Source: Coprobacillus sp. CAG:605
Lineage (GTDB): Bacteria; Bacillota_I; Bacilli_A; RF39; UBA660
NCBI GenBank assembly: GCA_000433255.1
Contig: HF998226.1
Location: 25,383-89,382 of the forward strand
DNA length: 64,000 nucleotides
Direction of reading: 5' to 3'
Below the pieces are notes generated by a model. That model had not been told where the DNA came from. It did no database searches and saw nothing but the letters and a program-made list of their open reading frames with translations. Made by a program: the position numbers and the translations under genes. Below, one piece after another: positions 51,336 to 61,937 of the stretch (its first letter is position 1; each line of letters starts with the position of its first letter).

Positions 51336-52163
51336 ATGGAAAAATTAGAAAACTATTCTGTCATAATGAGCGTTTATCAAAAAGTTGATCCAAAATATTT
51401 AAAAGAAAGCATCGATAGCATTTTAAATCAGACTTATAAAACAAATGAGTTTATAATTGTTAAAGATGGTCCGCTATTAGATGCTCAGAATGACTTATTA
51501 GCAGAATATTTAAAAAAATATAGCAACACAATTAAAGTGTTAGAATTAGAAAAAAATTCTGGCGCCGGAGTAGCATATAATCTTGGAATAAGTAATTGTA
51601 CAAATAAGTGGGCAGCAATAATGGATTCTGACGACATGGCTTTGCCAACAAAATTTGAAAAACAAATGAATTATTTAAAAAAGCATCATGATATCGATGC
51701 TATTGGTAGCAATGCAGTTGAATTTTTAAATGATACTTCGAATATTGTTTCTACTAGAATTATGCCAGAAACAAATGATGAAATATTGAAATTTGCTCAC
51801 AAAAGATGTCCAATGATTCAGCCGACAGTTATTTTTAGAGTTTCTTCGGTACTTTCTGCAGGAAGCTATCAAGAAAGCAAACTTACTGAAGACTATGATT
51901 TATATATAAGAATGATAATGAGTAATTGTAAATTTTATACTTATCAAGAAGTCCTTTATTTTATAAGAACAAGCGAAGACTTCTTTAGGCGTCGTGGTGG
52001 AATAAAATATTTAAAACCAATACTGGGCTTTAAATATAAATACTATAAAAAAGGATTTTATAGTTTCAAAGAATTTATAATAACAGCAGGTTCTTCACTA
52101 GTTGTATCAATTATACCAAATTCTTTAAGAATACTGTTATATAAAAAATTTTTAAGAAGTTAG
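51336..52163 (+). CDS. GT2-family glycosyltransferase
   Basis: Family match: SVIMSVYQKVDP...ILNQTY followed by a DSDD motif. Confidence 0.75.
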   Translation: MEKLENYSVIMSVYQKVDPKYLKESIDSILNQTYKTNEFIIVKDGPLLDAQNDLLAEYLKKYSNTIKVLELEKNSGAGVAYNLGISNCTNKWAAIMDSDDMALPTKFEKQMNYLKKHHDIDAIGSNAVEFLNDTSNIVSTRIMPETNDEILKFAHKRCPMIQPTVIFRVSSVLSAGSYQESKLTEDYDLYIRMIMSNCKFYTYQEVLYFIRTSEDFFRRRGGIKYLKPILGFKYKYYKKGFYSFKEFIITAGSSLVVSIIPNSLRILLYKKFLRS

Positions 52164-52175
52164 ATTGGAGTATGT

Positions 52176-53252
52176 ATGATAATATACTTATGTTTGCTAT
52201 TATATATTTTGGTTTTATCAATGTTGTTTACCAAATACAAGGAAGATAATAAAAAGAAAAAATTATTTTTATTTATGAGTTTTTTGCCAATAATTTTAAT
52301 ATCCTGTATGCGAGCAAATACAGTAGGTGTCGATACATACCAATTTACAAATGCATTTTTAAGAATTAGATATTTACAACCATATCAATTTGAAACGCTA
52401 AGATATGAATACGGATTTACGTATTTTTGCTGGATATTAGGAAAAGTTTTTTCAAACTATCAAGCATTATTAATTGTTACTTCTATTTTTATTAATTTTT
52501 CAATTTTATGTTTTATATATAAAAATTCTAAAAATGTGTATCTAAGTACTATTTTATATATTATTTGTAATTTTTATTTTTCATATATGAATATTATGAG
52601 GCAGGCAATGGCTATTGCAATAATATTATTTGCTTTTGAAGAACTAAAGAAAAACAAAAAGATTTTATTTGTTATATGGGTAATTGTAGCATCTTTTTTT
52701 CACTCTTCAGCAATATTAGCAATCCTATTCATTCCATTTTACGGCAAGAAAGTATCTAAGAAAGCTGTTACTTTAATATTATTTTTAGCAATATTGGCTT
52801 TTGTATTTGGGAAAAATTTCTTTAGCTTTATTTCGTCATTTTCGCAAAGACTATCTGATTATTCAGGATCGGTATTTGCCTCAGAAAATTATTTTGGCTC
52901 TCTTTTAGATTCGGCTGTTTATTTGATTTCATTAGTTTTTGGTGTTACCTTAATAAAAAATAAAAAGATAATAGCAGAAAATAATAATATCGGATTTTTA
53001 GTCTATATGATGGGCTTAGCCGTTATAATGAATGTATTGGTTATGCGTGTTAGTATATTTAATAGATTTGCACACTATTTTACTATTTTTATAATAATAT
53101 GGCTTCCAAATGTTGTATCGAGTTTAGAAAATAAAAAAACACAATTTTTATTAAAAACTATTATAGTAGTATTTTTTATAATATATTGGCTAGTAATAAT
53201 GATTTATAGGCCAAATTGGTATGGTGTAGTTCCATATCGTTTAGCATTTTAA
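52176..53252 (+). CDS. EpsG/Wzy-like polysaccharide polymerase (multi-pass membrane protein)
   Basis: About 10 transmembrane helices and no other motifs. It is located within a Wzx/Wzy-type locus. Confidence 0.6.
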   Translation: MIIYLCLLLYILVLSMLFTKYKEDNKKKKLFLFMSFLPIILISCMRANTVGVDTYQFTNAFLRIRYLQPYQFETLRYEYGFTYFCWILGKVFSNYQALLIVTSIFINFSILCFIYKNSKNVYLSTILYIICNFYFSYMNIMRQAMAIAIILFAFEELKKNKKILFVIWVIVASFFHSSAILAILFIPFYGKKVSKKAVTLILFLAILAFVFGKNFFSFISSFSQRLSDYSGSVFASENYFGSLLDSAVYLISLVFGVTLIKNKKIIAENNNIGFLVYMMGLAVIMNVLVMRVSIFNRFAHYFTIFIIIWLPNVVSSLENKKTQFLLKTIIVVFFIIYWLVIMIYRPNWYGVVPYRLAF

Positions 53253-53268
53253 GAAAGGAAGAAAATTT

Positions 53269-54384
53269 ATGATAATTTTATATATAGCCGGCATAAATGA
53301 TAACAAGTCTGCCGGTCCAAACACTAACATTCCCAAAAATATTTTTTATGGCTCAAAATATGAGACAATAGGGATTTATAATATTTATGAAACTAAGACG
53401 AATGATATATTAAAATATAAAAACTATTTTTCAAAGGAAACAATGAAAAATAATGATATAACCACACTGCCATTTCCATTTAACAACCCAGACCTTGTTG
53501 TATTTGAAGAGGTATACAGAGTAAAGTATGCAAAAATAGCAAAATCATTAAAGAAAAAAGGCATACCTTATGTAATTACACCAAGAGGTTCACTAACATA
53601 TCATTCGCAAAAAAGAAAGGCGTTCAAAAAATTGATTGGAAATATTTTGTTTTTTAATCATTTTGTTAAAAATGCGGCTTCAATTCATTATCTAACTGAT
53701 AAAGAATATGAAACAAGTAAATCTTTTAAAATTAACGATTACTTTGTAGTTGGAAATGGCGTTGAAATAAAGAAAAAAATAAAAACGTTTGAAAATATTA
53801 AAGATAAGAAAAAATATAATGTGACATTTATCGGAAGAATAGCAATGTACCATAAAGGACTTGACTATTTGGTTGAAGCCATAAATAATAATAAAAGCGA
53901 GTTTAGAAAATATAAATTTGAGTTCAATTTATATGGACCAGATGATCTTGACAGTAAAAAAATATTAAATTCTAAAATCGAACAATATAAAATATCGGAT
54001 TTAATAAAAATAAACGACCCAGTATTTGATAGTGAAAAGGAAAAAATATTGCTTGACACTGATTTATTTGTTCATACCTCAAGACTTGAGGGGCAACCTA
54101 CTGCTGTAATAGAAGCAATGAGTTATGGAGTTCCCGTTCTAGTTACACCTGGAACCAATATTGATGAGCTAGTAAGAAAAGAAAAATTGGGCTTTGTTGC
54201 TGAATTCGACATAATAAGCATTTCAAAAAAATTACTGGATTCTTATAAAAAACGTAATGAATTCAGCAAGATATCAGCTAATGAAATAGCAATAATAGCT
54301 AATAGTTTTGATTGGAATGCCATAATGAAAAAAACAATAGATGAATATAAAAAAATAATTAAAAATGGAGGCAGTAAATGTTAA
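53269..54384 (+). CDS. GT4 (GT-B fold) glycosyltransferase
   Basis: Family match, including the C-terminal EGQPTAVIEAMSYGVPVLVT E-X7-E motif. Confidence 0.8.
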   Translation: MIILYIAGINDNKSAGPNTNIPKNIFYGSKYETIGIYNIYETKTNDILKYKNYFSKETMKNNDITTLPFPFNNPDLVVFEEVYRVKYAKIAKSLKKKGIPYVITPRGSLTYHSQKRKAFKKLIGNILFFNHFVKNAASIHYLTDKEYETSKSFKINDYFVVGNGVEIKKKIKTFENIKDKKKYNVTFIGRIAMYHKGLDYLVEAINNNKSEFRKYKFEFNLYGPDDLDSKKILNSKIEQYKISDLIKINDPVFDSEKEKILLDTDLFVHTSRLEGQPTAVIEAMSYGVPVLVTPGTNIDELVRKEKLGFVAEFDIISISKKLLDSYKKRNEFSKISANEIAIIANSFDWNAIMKKTIDEYKKIIKNGGSKC

Positions 54385-55283
54385 CTAAACTTGTTAAATT
54401 TTTAAAACATCCATCAAGTATTATTATATTCTTGAATAATAGAAATATTCCAATTTTATCAGATGAAGCATATTTGCAACTTAGGTACAAATTAACATTT
54501 GGAAAAAAGTTAAATATTAATAATCCAAAAACATTTAGTGAAAAGTTACAATGGCTGAAGCTTTATGATAGAAATCCTAAATATAGTATAATGGTAGATA
54601 AATATGAAGTGAAGAATTACGTCGAAAATATAATAGGTAAAGAGTATATAATTCCTACAATTGCAGTATATAATAATTATGATGAGATTGATTTTGAATC
54701 GCTTCCAAATCAATTTGTGATGAAATGCACACATGATTCTGGAGGATTAGTTGTTTGTCAAAATAAAGCAACATTAGATAAAACAGCAGCATTAAAGAAG
54801 ATAAAAAAAAGCTTCAATAAAAATTATTTTTATGGTGGACGTGAATGGCCTTATAAAAACTTGAAACCAAAAATTATCGTTGAAAAATACATGACTGATA
54901 AGTTAAATAAAGATTTAATTGACTATAAGTTCTTTTGCTTTAATGGAATTCCAAAATATATTTTAGTTTGCACAGATCGTTCAACAGATTTAAAAGAAAC
55001 TTTTTATGATACAAATTGGAATTTAGCTCCATTTAAAAGGCCAAATCATGATATTGATGAAACAATCAATAAACCTAAAAATTTTAAGAAAATGTTAGAG
55101 TTGGCATCTAAGTTAGCTTCGAATATACCCTTTGTAAGGGTAGATTTCTATGAGATAAATGGTCAAATATATTTTGGGGAACTGACTTTTTTTCCAGCCT
55201 CTGGAATGAGCAAATTTTCACCGGAAATTTGGGATGAAAAGCTAGGAAATTTGTTAGATATTTCCATGGTGGATAAAATATGA
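54378..55283 (+). CDS. ATP-grasp-fold amidoligase-family protein (TupA-like)
   Basis: FSEKLQWLKLYDRNP...FVMKCTHDSGG, characteristic of TupA-like ATP-grasp enzymes found in polysaccharide loci. Confidence 0.7.
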   Translation: MLTKLVKFLKHPSSIIIFLNNRNIPILSDEAYLQLRYKLTFGKKLNINNPKTFSEKLQWLKLYDRNPKYSIMVDKYEVKNYVENIIGKEYIIPTIAVYNNYDEIDFESLPNQFVMKCTHDSGGLVVCQNKATLDKTAALKKIKKSFNKNYFYGGREWPYKNLKPKIIVEKYMTDKLNKDLIDYKFFCFNGIPKYILVCTDRSTDLKETFYDTNWNLAPFKRPNHDIDETINKPKNFKKMLELASKLASNIPFVRVDFYEINGQIYFGELTFFPASGMSKFSPEIWDEKLGNLLDISMVDKI

Positions 55284-56788
55284 GAAAGAAAAAAGCCATT
55301 TATAATGTTCTAACAAATTTATTGCTTCAAATAATTTATATTCTCTATGGTTTTATAGTACCTAAAATAATTATTAGTAAATTTGGTTCTAACATTAATG
55401 GACTTGTAACTTCAATAACTCAGTTTCTTGCTTATATTTCTTTATTAGAGTCTGGTTTCGGCCCGGTAGTAAAAGCAGCTTTATATAAACCACTAGCAAA
55501 AAAAGACAACAAAACAGTTAACGGCATATTAAAAACTGCAGATAAATTTTTTAAAACAATATCTATGATATTTATTGCATACATAATGGTTTTATGTATA
55601 TTTTATCCGATAATAGTTAATAAGAATTTTGATTACTTCTTTACAATATCATTAATTATAATAATATCTATAAGTACTTTTGCTGAATATTTTTTCGGAA
55701 TGACTATAAAATTATTACTTCAAGCCGATCAAAAAACATATATAATATCATTAATTCAAATATTTACTTATATTTTGAGTATAATAGCTATTGTTATCAT
55801 GGCATATTTAAATTTAGATATTTTAATGATAAAATTAGTCAGTGGTATAATATTTGTTTTAAGACCAATAATTCAAAATATATATGTTAAGAAGCATTAC
55901 AATCTGGCACCATTTGACTCAGTTAAAGAATATCCAATAAAAAATAAATGGGATGGACTAGCTCAACACATAGCCGCGGTAATACATAACAATACTGATG
56001 TTACAGTTTTAACTTTTTTTTGCACGCTTGAAGAAATTTCTGTATATTCAATATACTATTTGGTTGTAAAAGGATTAAAATCACTTATTCAGGCTTTCAA
56101 CAATGGAATAGATGCTATATTTGGAGACATGATAGCTAAAAATGAAAAGGAAAATTTAAATAATAAATTTAACTTATACGAAATAATATACTTTAGTATC
56201 GTGACAGTAGTTTTCAGTTCAGCTATGGTATTAATTGTTCCATTTGTCGAGGTTTACACAAATGGCGTGACAGATGCAAATTATATAAGACCACTATTTG
56301 GATACCTAATAGTGATAAGTGAATTTATTTGGGCAATTAGGTTGCCATATAGCTCAATAACATTAGCAGCTGGTCATTTTAAAGAAACCAGGATAGGTGC
56401 TTGGGTTGAATGTATTTCTAATATATTAATATCAATACTATTAGTTAAATCATTTGGAATAGTTGGAGTTGCAATAGGAACAATAGTTGCAATGGCTATT
56501 AGAACAATTGAATTTATTTATCATACATCAAAATATATTTTAAATAGAAATTTGTTTTTGAGTATAAAAAAAATACTAGCAATTGTGTTAGATGTAATAC
56601 TCATTAATTTATCCGCTATTTATATTCCAATGCTAAATAATAATAGTTATTTTAATTGGCTTATAAATGCCATAATTATTGCTTTAGCTGCTACAATAAT
56701 AACAATATTAATTGACTGCATGTTTTATAATAAAGAAATGAAACAAATTTTAGAGAAAATAAAAATAGGAGGAAACAGAAAAAAATGA
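55280..56788 (+). CDS. Wzx-type flippase (MOP superfamily polysaccharide biosynthesis protein)
   Basis: Twelve or more transmembrane helices of the MOP type. Its start overlaps the upstream gene. Confidence 0.75.
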   Translation: MRKKKAIYNVLTNLLLQIIYILYGFIVPKIIISKFGSNINGLVTSITQFLAYISLLESGFGPVVKAALYKPLAKKDNKTVNGILKTADKFFKTISMIFIAYIMVLCIFYPIIVNKNFDYFFTISLIIIISISTFAEYFFGMTIKLLLQADQKTYIISLIQIFTYILSIIAIVIMAYLNLDILMIKLVSGIIFVLRPIIQNIYVKKHYNLAPFDSVKEYPIKNKWDGLAQHIAAVIHNNTDVTVLTFFCTLEEISVYSIYYLVVKGLKSLIQAFNNGIDAIFGDMIAKNEKENLNNKFNLYEIIYFSIVTVVFSSAMVLIVPFVEVYTNGVTDANYIRPLFGYLIVISEFIWAIRLPYSSITLAAGHFKETRIGAWVECISNILISILLVKSFGIVGVAIGTIVAMAIRTIEFIYHTSKYILNRNLFLSIKKILAIVLDVILINLSAIYIPMLNNNSYFNWLINAIIIALAATIITILIDCMFYNKEMKQILEKIKIGGNRKK

Positions 56789-57807
56789 AAACATATTTAA
56801 TAACAGGAGTTGCAGGATTTATTGGTTCAAATCTTGCCAAAAGAATTTTAAATGATGAACCAGATGTTAAAGTAATTGGTTTAGATAACGTAAACGATTA
56901 TTATGACGTTAATATAAAAGAATACCGTTTAAATCAATTGAAAAATGATAATTTTACTTTTATAAAAGGAGATTTATCAGATAAAAATCTGATAAATAAT
57001 ATTTTTAAAGAGTATAAACCAAATATAGTAGTTAATTTAGCAGCACAGGCTGGAGTAAGGTATTCTATTACAAATCCAGATTCATACATTAAATCAAATA
57101 TAATTGGTTTTTATAATATTTTAGAGGCTTGTAGAAATTATCCTGTTGAGCATCTAGTATATGCCTCATCTTCATCTGTATATGGTTCAAACAAGAAGGT
57201 ACCATATTCAACAGAAGATAAAGTTGATAATCCTGTAAGTTTATATGCGGCAACAAAAAAATCAAATGAATTATTTGCACATGCCTACAGCAAATTATAT
57301 AATATTCCATCAACAGGATTAAGATTTTTCACTGTATATGGTCCAGCTGGAAGACCAGATATGGCATATTTTGGCTTTACAAATAAGCTTATAAAAGGTG
57401 AAAAAATAAAAATATTCAATTACGGTAATTGTCAAAGAGATTTTACATACGTTGACGACATAGTTGAAGGAATAGTAAGAGTAATGCATAAAGCTCCAGA
57501 AAAGAAAATTGGTGAAGATGGTTTACCAATTCCACCTTATAAAGTTTATAATATAGGAAATAGTAATCCGGTTAACTTATTAGACTTTGTAACAATTCTC
57601 CAAGAAGAATTGGTTAGAGCAGGAGTTTTACCAAATGATTATGACTTTGAAAGCCATAAAGAATTAGTAGCAATGCAACCAGGAGATGTTCCTATTACAT
57701 ATGCTGATACAACACCATTAGAAACCGATTTCGGATATAAGCCAAGTACTGATTTAAGAACTGGTTTAAGAAACTTTGCTGAATGGTATAAAAAATTTTA
57801 CAAGTAG
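56785..57807 (+). CDS. NAD-dependent epimerase, probably a UDP-glucuronate 4-epimerase (Cap1J/WbnF-like)
   Basis: Rossmann motif GVAGFIGSNL and the YAATKK catalytic YxxxK. The length and blocks match UDP-GlcA epimerases. It lies adjacent to ugd. Confidence 0.7.
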   Translation: MKTYLITGVAGFIGSNLAKRILNDEPDVKVIGLDNVNDYYDVNIKEYRLNQLKNDNFTFIKGDLSDKNLINNIFKEYKPNIVVNLAAQAGVRYSITNPDSYIKSNIIGFYNILEACRNYPVEHLVYASSSSVYGSNKKVPYSTEDKVDNPVSLYAATKKSNELFAHAYSKLYNIPSTGLRFFTVYGPAGRPDMAYFGFTNKLIKGEKIKIFNYGNCQRDFTYVDDIVEGIVRVMHKAPEKKIGEDGLPIPPYKVYNIGNSNPVNLLDFVTILQEELVRAGVLPNDYDFESHKELVAMQPGDVPITYADTTPLETDFGYKPSTDLRTGLRNFAEWYKKFYK

Positions 57808-57823
57808 ATAGGGAGTTTTGCAA

Positions 57824-58990
57824 ATGAAAATAGCGGTAGCAGGAACTGGGTATGTAGGTTTATCTCTAGCCACATTACTTAGTCAAAAAAATGAGGTAAT
57901 TGCTTTAGATGTAATACCAGAAAAAGTAGAGAAAATAAATAATAGAATATCTCCTATTCAAGATCAATATATAGAAGAATATTTTAAAACTAAAGAATTA
58001 AACTTAAAAGCAACTTTAGATTATAAAGAAGCTTTTAATGGAGCAAAATATATAATTATATCTACTCCAACTAATTACGATGAAAAAACACACTTTTTTG
58101 ATACATCTTCAGTAGAAGATATAATTAAAAAAGTTATATCAATGAATATAGATACAACTATGGTAGTAAAATCAACTATTCCAGTTGGATTCATCGAAAA
58201 TATGAAGAAAAAATATAACATTGATAATATTATGTTTAGTCCAGAATTCTTAAGAGAAGGAAAAGCTTTATATGATAACTTATATCCATCAAGAATAATA
58301 GTAGGAGAAAAAAGCAAAAGAGCAGAAGAGTTTGCTAATTTATTAAAAGAATGTTGCTTAAAAGAAGATGTAACTGTTAAATTTATGAATTCAACAGAAG
58401 CTGAAGCTGTTAAACTATTTGCTAATACTTATTTAGCATTAAGAGTAGCATACTTTAATGAATTAGATACATATGCAGAATTAAAAGGATTAAATACTAA
58501 AGATATTATAGATGGAGTATGTCTAGATCCAAGAATAGGTAATTTCTATAATAATCCTTCATTTGGATATGGTGGATACTGCCTACCTAAGGATACTAAA
58601 CAATTATTAGCTAACTACGATAATGTTCCAGAAAACTTAATTGAAGCTATCGTTAAGTCTAATGATACTAGAAAAAGACATATTACAGATATGATTCTAG
58701 AACATAACCCTAGTGTAGTAGGTATCTATAGACTTACTATGAAGAGTAATTCAGATAACTTTAGAGCAAGTGCAATTCAAAGTGTTATTAAGAATTTAAA
58801 AGATAAAAATGTTAGAGTAGTAATCTATGAACCAACATTAACTACTGATACATTTGATGATTTAGAAGTTATTAAAGATTTAAATGAATTTAAAAATATC
58901 AGCGATATTATTGTAGTTAATAGGGTAGATGATAATCTTTTAGATGTTAAAAACAAATTATATACAAGAGACTTATATAGCAGAGACTAA
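57824..58990 (+). CDS. ugd: UDP-glucose 6-dehydrogenase
   Basis: [16 protein letters not shown] and the catalytic GGYCLPKD motif. A TAGGGAG ribosome-binding site precedes the ATG at 57824. Confidence 0.9.
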   Translation: MKIAVAGTGYVGLSLATLLSQKNEVIALDVIPEKVEKINNRISPIQDQYIEEYFKTKELNLKATLDYKEAFNGAKYIIISTPTNYDEKTHFFDTSSVEDIIKKVISMNIDTTMVVKSTIPVGFIENMKKKYNIDNIMFSPEFLREGKALYDNLYPSRIIVGEKSKRAEEFANLLKECCLKEDVTVKFMNSTEAEAVKLFANTYLALRVAYFNELDTYAELKGLNTKDIIDGVCLDPRIGNFYNNPSFGYGGYCLPKDTKQLLANYDNVPENLIEAIVKSNDTRKRHITDMILEHNPSVVGIYRLTMKSNSDNFRASAIQSVIKNLKDKNVRVVIYEPTLTTDTFDDLEVIKDLNEFKNISDIIVVNRVDDNLLDVKNKLYTRDLYSRD

Positions 58991-59101
58991 ATAAGTCTTT
59001 TTATATGCTACTTTATAGTAGGATTCATTCCATGAAATTAAAATTTATGTTAAAATACTAATTGTTATTAAATTATCTATTAATGAAGGCGGGTAGTATT
59101 T

Positions 59102-59899
59102 ATGGATGAAGCGTTACAATATATTGATGCTAAAATAGCAGATATAAATGAAATGATAAACAAAATTATATTGGATAATATTGATAATAGAGATTATATG
59201 GCCAAAAATATATTAAGTAATCTTAGATATTTAGTAGAATATTGCTTTTTTAGAGTATATATTACAGATAAAGAAAAGAAATATGTTAAATATAGTCATG
59301 AAAATAATCAACAATCAATTAAGTATGTGAAAAGTTGTGCTAATATGAGAGAATTAAGAGCGTTACATGGTTTCTTACAAATATCAACTTCTCATTCATT
59401 GCCCAATGGCGATGGCTCATCTAGAGTATTAATTAAATATTTAAGTTATTTAATTGAATTAAAAGAATTTATGTATAAAAAATATAAAATTACTATTTTA
59501 GATAATTTATATTCTTTTCCTCTTAACGTTGAAAAAAACATGGAAAATTATTATAGACAAATCTCAAATCAGATAAAAATTACTAATTTTAATAATTCGA
59601 AAAAAGTTTTAGGAAACATGTATTATGTTAGAAAAATAAAGCCAATTATTATTGATAACAATCTTTTTTATGAAGTAACATTAAGTGAGGCTACAGACTA
59701 TATTAATAAGTTTAATCGTATTGTCGTATATTCTAAAGAAAAGATATTAGACAATTATGCCATCAAAATTTCCAGTATTGATAGAACAATACAACTATTT
59801 GAAAAAAATGTTAATATAAAAATTATAGATAGCTATAAAATAGCTATAAGGCCTTGTGAATTAAATAATTTATTCAAAAATATTTGGCTTACAATATAA
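59102..59899 (+). CDS. Hypothetical protein (265 aa), the first gene of a helicase-containing module
   Basis: ORF with a ribosome-binding site. No motif was recognised. It lies 28 nt upstream of the helicase gene. Confidence 0.5.
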   Translation: MDEALQYIDAKIADINEMINKIILDNIDNRDYMAKNILSNLRYLVEYCFFRVYITDKEKKYVKYSHENNQQSIKYVKSCANMRELRALHGFLQISTSHSLPNGDGSSRVLIKYLSYLIELKEFMYKKYKITILDNLYSFPLNVEKNMENYYRQISNQIKITNFNNSKKVLGNMYYVRKIKPIIIDNNLFYEVTLSEATDYINKFNRIVVYSKEKILDNYAIKISSIDRTIQLFEKNVNIKIIDSYKIAIRPCELNNLFKNIWLTI

Positions 59900-59927
59900 A
59901 ATTTCTTCAAAATATGGTGAATATGAC

Positions 59928-61817
59928 TTGATAATGAAATATTTAAAGGTCAACAGATACAGTTTACTAGATATTGTTGAACTAGACAATAATCGTTATT
60001 TAGATTTTAAAAAAATATTAACAAATGGCGCCAATACACATTTCATTTTGAATTTAATTGAAGAATCAAGAAAAGTTGTTATAAATAATAAACCAGGAAG
60101 CAACATTTTAAAGTACCTTTTATTTCGCCTAAATAATCAAGTTATAAAATCACAATTAAGTCTCAATGACAATAAAAAACTGTCAAATTTATATTTAAGT
60201 TATGGATCAATCCCATTCGATGAAATGCCATATGCATCATCCCTACAAAATCATAAGGTTGATATCAATGATTTACTTCAATGTATAGACAATAACGGGC
60301 GTGATGATGAGTTGTTATCTAGAAGACTTCACTATAATTCAGATAGCTTAGGAATTATATATAATAAAATAAATGAAATTGATTTACCAAGCAATGTTGA
60401 TGAATTAATTGCAAGATTTAATTCGAAAATTTATTTGCCAAAACATGAAGAAAGAAAAATAGAAAAAAACACTAAATATATATATGTAAATGGATATGAA
60501 TCAGAAACTATCTCTATTATGCAAAAATTAAGAGAATTATCATGTGATGGTTATGCAGAATATAGTAATATTTTTACAATATGGAAAGATTCTTCGGATT
60601 ATAAATTTACGGATTCCCAAAAATATGAAATATGTCAAAAGATGTTTATTAGCTCGAAAGTAGCCTTACTATATGGCTCGGCAGGGTGTGGCAAAACCGA
60701 AACAATCAAAATTATTTCTGACATATTAAAAGACAAAAATATTATCTTTTTAGCCAAAACAAACCCTGCAGTTGAAAACTTAAAAAGACGAATTGGAGAA
60801 GATAATTTTAACTTCACTTTTATGACAATTGACAAATATAAAACAAATTCGGTTGTTTGTGATTTGCTAGTTATAGACGAGTGCAGTACTGTTGATAATT
60901 ATGACATGAATAACATATTATCCCGAAATGAAATGTACAATTTATTATTATTGGTTGGTGACATATATCAAATTGAATCAATAAAGTTTGGAAATTGGTT
61001 TAGATTCGCCAAAGAATTATTACCGCCACAATGTATAAATAAATTGGATGGTACTTTTCGAACCAAGAGTCAAGTCCTATTGGACTTGTGGTCAAAAGTA
61101 CGAAATCTTGATACAGATATCGTGGAGTACTTATCAGATTATGATATGTCTGAAACATTAAATAAAAATATTTTTAATAAAGGCAGTGAAGATGAAATAA
61201 TATTATGCTTGAATTATGATGGCCCATATGGAATTAATAACATAAATAAATACTTGCAGGCTAATAATCAGAACCAAGCATATGAATGGGGTATAAACTC
61301 ATATAAAGTAGGCGATCCTGTTTTATTTAATGATTTAAATAGATTTTATCCAATTCTATATAACAATTTAAAAGGTAAAATAGTAAATATTAATAAAAGC
61401 AACGAAAAAATAACTTTTGATATTTTAATAGATATCCTAATTACAGATATTCAAGCTATGTCTATAGGACTAGAAGTAGTAGATAGATTAAATAAAAAAA
61501 CAGTTATTAGATTTAGTGTTAACGCAAATAATGATGACGACATAGAGGATAGAAAAGACTGTGTAGTTCCATTTGTTGTCGCATATGCTACTTCAATTCA
61601 CAAAGCACAAGGTTTAGAATATGAATCAGTTAAAATTGTTTTAAACGATGAAATAGGGGACGCCATTACGCAAAATATTTTTTATACAGCTATAACTAGA
61701 TCAAAAGAAAAGTTGAAAATTTATTGGACTCCTGAATGTATGAATAAAGTTATAAAAAATTTTTCAATAAAAAATAACGATGATATTAATATACTAAGAA
61801 GTAAAATTGATTTTTAA
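59928..61817 (+). CDS. SF1 helicase (AAA_30 / UvrD_C_2-type, RecD/Pif1-like) with an N-terminal domain of about 230 aa and unknown function
   Basis: Walker A LLYGSAGCGKTET, Walker B LLVIDECSTV and the C-terminal YATSIHKAQGLEYESV motif. The start is either TTG at 59928 or ATG at 59934. Confidence 0.75.
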   Translation: MIMKYLKVNRYSLLDIVELDNNRYLDFKKILTNGANTHFILNLIEESRKVVINNKPGSNILKYLLFRLNNQVIKSQLSLNDNKKLSNLYLSYGSIPFDEMPYASSLQNHKVDINDLLQCIDNNGRDDELLSRRLHYNSDSLGIIYNKINEIDLPSNVDELIARFNSKIYLPKHEERKIEKNTKYIYVNGYESETISIMQKLRELSCDGYAEYSNIFTIWKDSSDYKFTDSQKYEICQKMFISSKVALLYGSAGCGKTETIKIISDILKDKNIIFLAKTNPAVENLKRRIGEDNFNFTFMTIDKYKTNSVVCDLLVIDECSTVDNYDMNNILSRNEMYNLLLLVGDIYQIESIKFGNWFRFAKELLPPQCINKLDGTFRTKSQVLLDLWSKVRNLDTDIVEYLSDYDMSETLNKNIFNKGSEDEIILCLNYDGPYGINNINKYLQANNQNQAYEWGINSYKVGDPVLFNDLNRFYPILYNNLKGKIVNINKSNEKITFDILIDILITDIQAMSIGLEVVDRLNKKTVIRFSVNANNDDDIEDRKDCVVPFVVAYATSIHKAQGLEYESVKIVLNDEIGDAITQNIFYTAITRSKEKLKIYWTPECMNKVIKNFSIKNNDDINILRSKIDF

Positions 61818-61937
61818 TTATTATCAAATTCAGCATTTACGATACCCTAAAATTAGGTATTTACAAATATTAATTCTGCGATTATGATGGAATTGGCCAT
61901 TAAAAATCAAGAATTAAAGATAAGGAGTGATGTAAAA

